DNA of 19,364 bases from Candidatus Ratteibacteria bacterium (GTDB taxonomy: Bacteria; Ratteibacteria; UBA8468; B48-G9; DTJG01): assembly GCA_049971295.1 (NCBI GenBank), contig JBMFLH010000033.1, positions 1 through 19,364 of the forward strand, in the 5' to 3' direction. The position numbers and the translations under genes were made by a program. Below the pieces are notes generated by a model, which searched no databases, was not told where the DNA came from, and saw nothing but the letters and a program-made list of their open reading frames with translations. This document shows positions 17,285 through 19,364 of this stretch, piece by piece (positions within the stretch are counted from its first letter, which is position 1; each line of letters begins with the position of its first letter).

Positions 17285-18127
17285 ATGATTAAAAAAAGTA
17301 TAAATTTGTGGGTTGCACCACCAAATACAGATATTTATGATGTTCTTGCTATCATAAAGGATGCCGGTTTTGATGCTGTGGAACCAAACCTGGATGAACA
17401 GGGGTATCTCAATCCTGAAAGTACAGAAAAAGACATAGAGACATTCAGAAATCGCGTTGAGAAAATTGGCCTTGAAATAGCCAGTGTCAGTTCTGGACTC
17501 CTATGGAAGTACACCTTGAGCCATCCAGACGTACAGGTGCGAAAAAAGGCAGAATCTCTGATAAAAAAACAGATTGAATGTGCAAAAATTTTAGGGACAG
17601 ATGGTATCCTTGTAATACCTGGTGTTGTTCAAGCCGACTGGTCAGAACAAAAAGAAATTGTATCCTACGATGTTGCTATGGAAAGAGTAAGGGAATCATT
17701 GAAAAATGTCGTTGATTGTGCTGAAAAAAATCAGGTATGCCTGTGTCTTGAACCTGTCTGGAACAAACTGTTGATCAGCCCGGTTGAAATGAAAAATTTC
17801 GTGGAATCTTTCGGGTCCCAGTATGTGGGAGTGTATTTTGACACAGGCAATGTGATGCTTTATGGTTATCCTGAAATGTGGATAAGAATTCTTGGAAAAC
17901 ATATCAGAAAAATTCATTTTAAGGACTTCAGGGTTCAAATTGGAAACATCAATGGATTCTGTATGCTGCTGGAAGGAGATGTGAACTGGAAAGAAGTAAT
18001 GAAGGCTCTAAAAGAAATTAACTTCAAAGGATACGCAACAGCAGAATTCTGGGCATACAAACACTGTTCTGAGACAGTGATTTATCACGCTTCAACCAGC
18101 TTAGACAGGATATTGAAACTAATATGA
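17285..18127 (+). CDS. Sugar phosphate isomerase/epimerase (xylose-isomerase-like TIM barrel; UlaE/hexulose-6-P isomerase-like)
   Basis: AGFDAVE, LCLEPVWN, GVYFDTGN, IHFKD, LLEGDVNW, GYATAE metal-binding pattern. Confidence 0.88.
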   Translation: MIKKSINLWVAPPNTDIYDVLAIIKDAGFDAVEPNLDEQGYLNPESTEKDIETFRNRVEKIGLEIASVSSGLLWKYTLSHPDVQVRKKAESLIKKQIECAKILGTDGILVIPGVVQADWSEQKEIVSYDVAMERVRESLKNVVDCAEKNQVCLCLEPVWNKLLISPVEMKNFVESFGSQYVGVYFDTGNVMLYGYPEMWIRILGKHIRKIHFKDFRVQIGNINGFCMLLEGDVNWKEVMKALKEINFKGYATAEFWAYKHCSETVIYHASTSLDRILKLI

Positions 18128-19263
18128 TCAACACAAGGCAGGAAATCCTTACCTTACTGCGAGGCCAGAACATAGGTAGAATTCCTGTTTCTCTTTATAA
18201 AATTGACCCATATGACGAAAAAAGCTTCTGGGCAGGTCATAGCAGTTTTCATAGATTGCTTGAAAAGATTCGAAACGATTGCCACAATTTTTTCTTTTTC
18301 AGGCCTGCTACTGGCTTTTTCTTTTCTGCCCCTGGTTCCATCGAAGTAAGAGAAGAAAGAAAACAGGACACGAGGATTTCTGAGGTGGTCACACTGACAG
18401 TTGAAACAGAAAAGGGAATTCTCACTCGTTCTGCGCGTACGACAAAACTCAGTTCTGAACAGTGGGTTTTAAAACCATGGATTACAAGTACTCATGACAT
18501 AGAAAAGTTTCTATCATTGCCCTATACTCCATATACTCCTGACTTAAGCTGGTTTCAGGAAAAGCAGGCGCTTTATGGAAATAAAGCGATGCCTGTCATA
18601 TCCCTTCCAGATCCTGCTGGAGTTGTAGGCACTCTTTTTGCGCCAGGAGACCTTGCAAAATTCTTACTTGACAACGAAAAACAGGTTGCTCAACTTTTTG
18701 AAATTTTCACCGGCCGGCTTGAAAATATTTACAGGGCAATATCAATGCAAGTTCATAATGTAATTATAAGAATCCGTGGAGCAGAGTACTTAACGCCACC
18801 AGCGCTGCCTATTGAATACTTTCGAAGCTATCGAGATGTATTTATTAATTATGTGATAAAGCCGGATACAAAACTCATCAATATTCTTCGTTCAGGAAAT
18901 CTTAATTACATCTGTTTTCACTGGCATGAAATAAGGGAAGACCTTTTACCATATGTTTTGAAAATGGGTATTGATATTCTTGAACCTGCTATCAATACAG
19001 TTGAATTTCCAATGACTGTTGCAAGGGTGAGAAAAATTGTTGGACCTGATATCACGTTGATGGGGGGGCCTGCTCTTGAAGAAATTGAATTTCGTTCGTC
19101 TTACGAAATAGCGCAAATCAGCAGAGATTCAATTGTTCAAAATGGAAGAAGTACAAAATTTATTCTCATTCCTTCAGGAGTACCTTCTTCAATTCCATTA
19201 AGCAGCCAGACAGAAGAAAACCTGTTTGCTATGATAGATACAGCGAAAGGCTTCACGTTTTAA
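18124..19263 (+). CDS. Uroporphyrinogen decarboxylase / MtaA-CmuA-like superfamily protein, function unknown
   Basis: 379 aa. N-terminal MxxRxxhhxxhxG..xRhPV and C-terminal MGIDILEP..VRKIVGPDITLMGG..FILIPS are typical of URO-D-like barrels. ATGA overlap with the upstream gene. Confidence 0.65.
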   Translation: MINTRQEILTLLRGQNIGRIPVSLYKIDPYDEKSFWAGHSSFHRLLEKIRNDCHNFFFFRPATGFFFSAPGSIEVREERKQDTRISEVVTLTVETEKGILTRSARTTKLSSEQWVLKPWITSTHDIEKFLSLPYTPYTPDLSWFQEKQALYGNKAMPVISLPDPAGVVGTLFAPGDLAKFLLDNEKQVAQLFEIFTGRLENIYRAISMQVHNVIIRIRGAEYLTPPALPIEYFRSYRDVFINYVIKPDTKLINILRSGNLNYICFHWHEIREDLLPYVLKMGIDILEPAINTVEFPMTVARVRKIVGPDITLMGGPALEEIEFRSSYEIAQISRDSIVQNGRSTKFILIPSGVPSSIPLSSQTEENLFAMIDTAKGFTF

Positions 19264-19280
19264 AATTTTACAGGTAATAT

Positions 19281-19364
19281 TTAAGCCACCATTTTTATCT
19301 CATTAGTTTTTATCTTGACTCTCTTTGAATTTTGCAATTTTACGATGATTTGTATTTCTTTTTC
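19281..19364 (-). CDS. Possible 3' end of a convergent gene entering from outside the window
   Basis: Open minus frame EKEIQIIVKLQNSKRVKIKTNEIKMVA-TAA ending 17 nt from the URO-D stop. Too short to identify. Confidence 0.35.
   Translation of the reverse strand, partial: EKEIQIIVKLQNSKRVKIKTNEIKMVA

Overview
Bacterial chromosomal window, AT-rich, with no mobile element, CRISPR, rRNA or tRNA visible. Most of it (1..17026) is a minus-strand run: flavodoxin/WrbA-like protein, ileS, carA, carB split into two ORFs, a GAF-ANTAR RNA-binding antiterminator, and a nitrogen-assimilation cluster. That cluster comprises an internally deleted FMN-binding glutamate-synthase-family remnant, glnA copy 1, a modular glutamate synthase (GATase, FMN/Fe-S subunit, 4Fe-4S protein, NAD(P)/FAD oxidoreductase, GXGXG subunit), glnA copy 2, and the start of a YacP/NYN nuclease gene that the ORF track missed. 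A divergent plus-strand pair encodes a sugar-phosphate isomerase/epimerase and a URO-D/MtaA-like protein. Main observations: (1) a textbook ANTAR dual-hairpin plus overlapping terminator directly downstream of the GAF-ANTAR gene; (2) an unusual tandem array of 3-5 ANTAR-type hairpins ahead of glnA1; (3) a single in-frame TAG in an otherwise intact glnA1, aligned to a Lys in the paralog, while none of the 15 full-length genes ends in TAG; (4) a collapsed glutamate-synthase-family gene; (5) carB split at its internal duplication junction. All family assignments come from motif recognition, not database searches.
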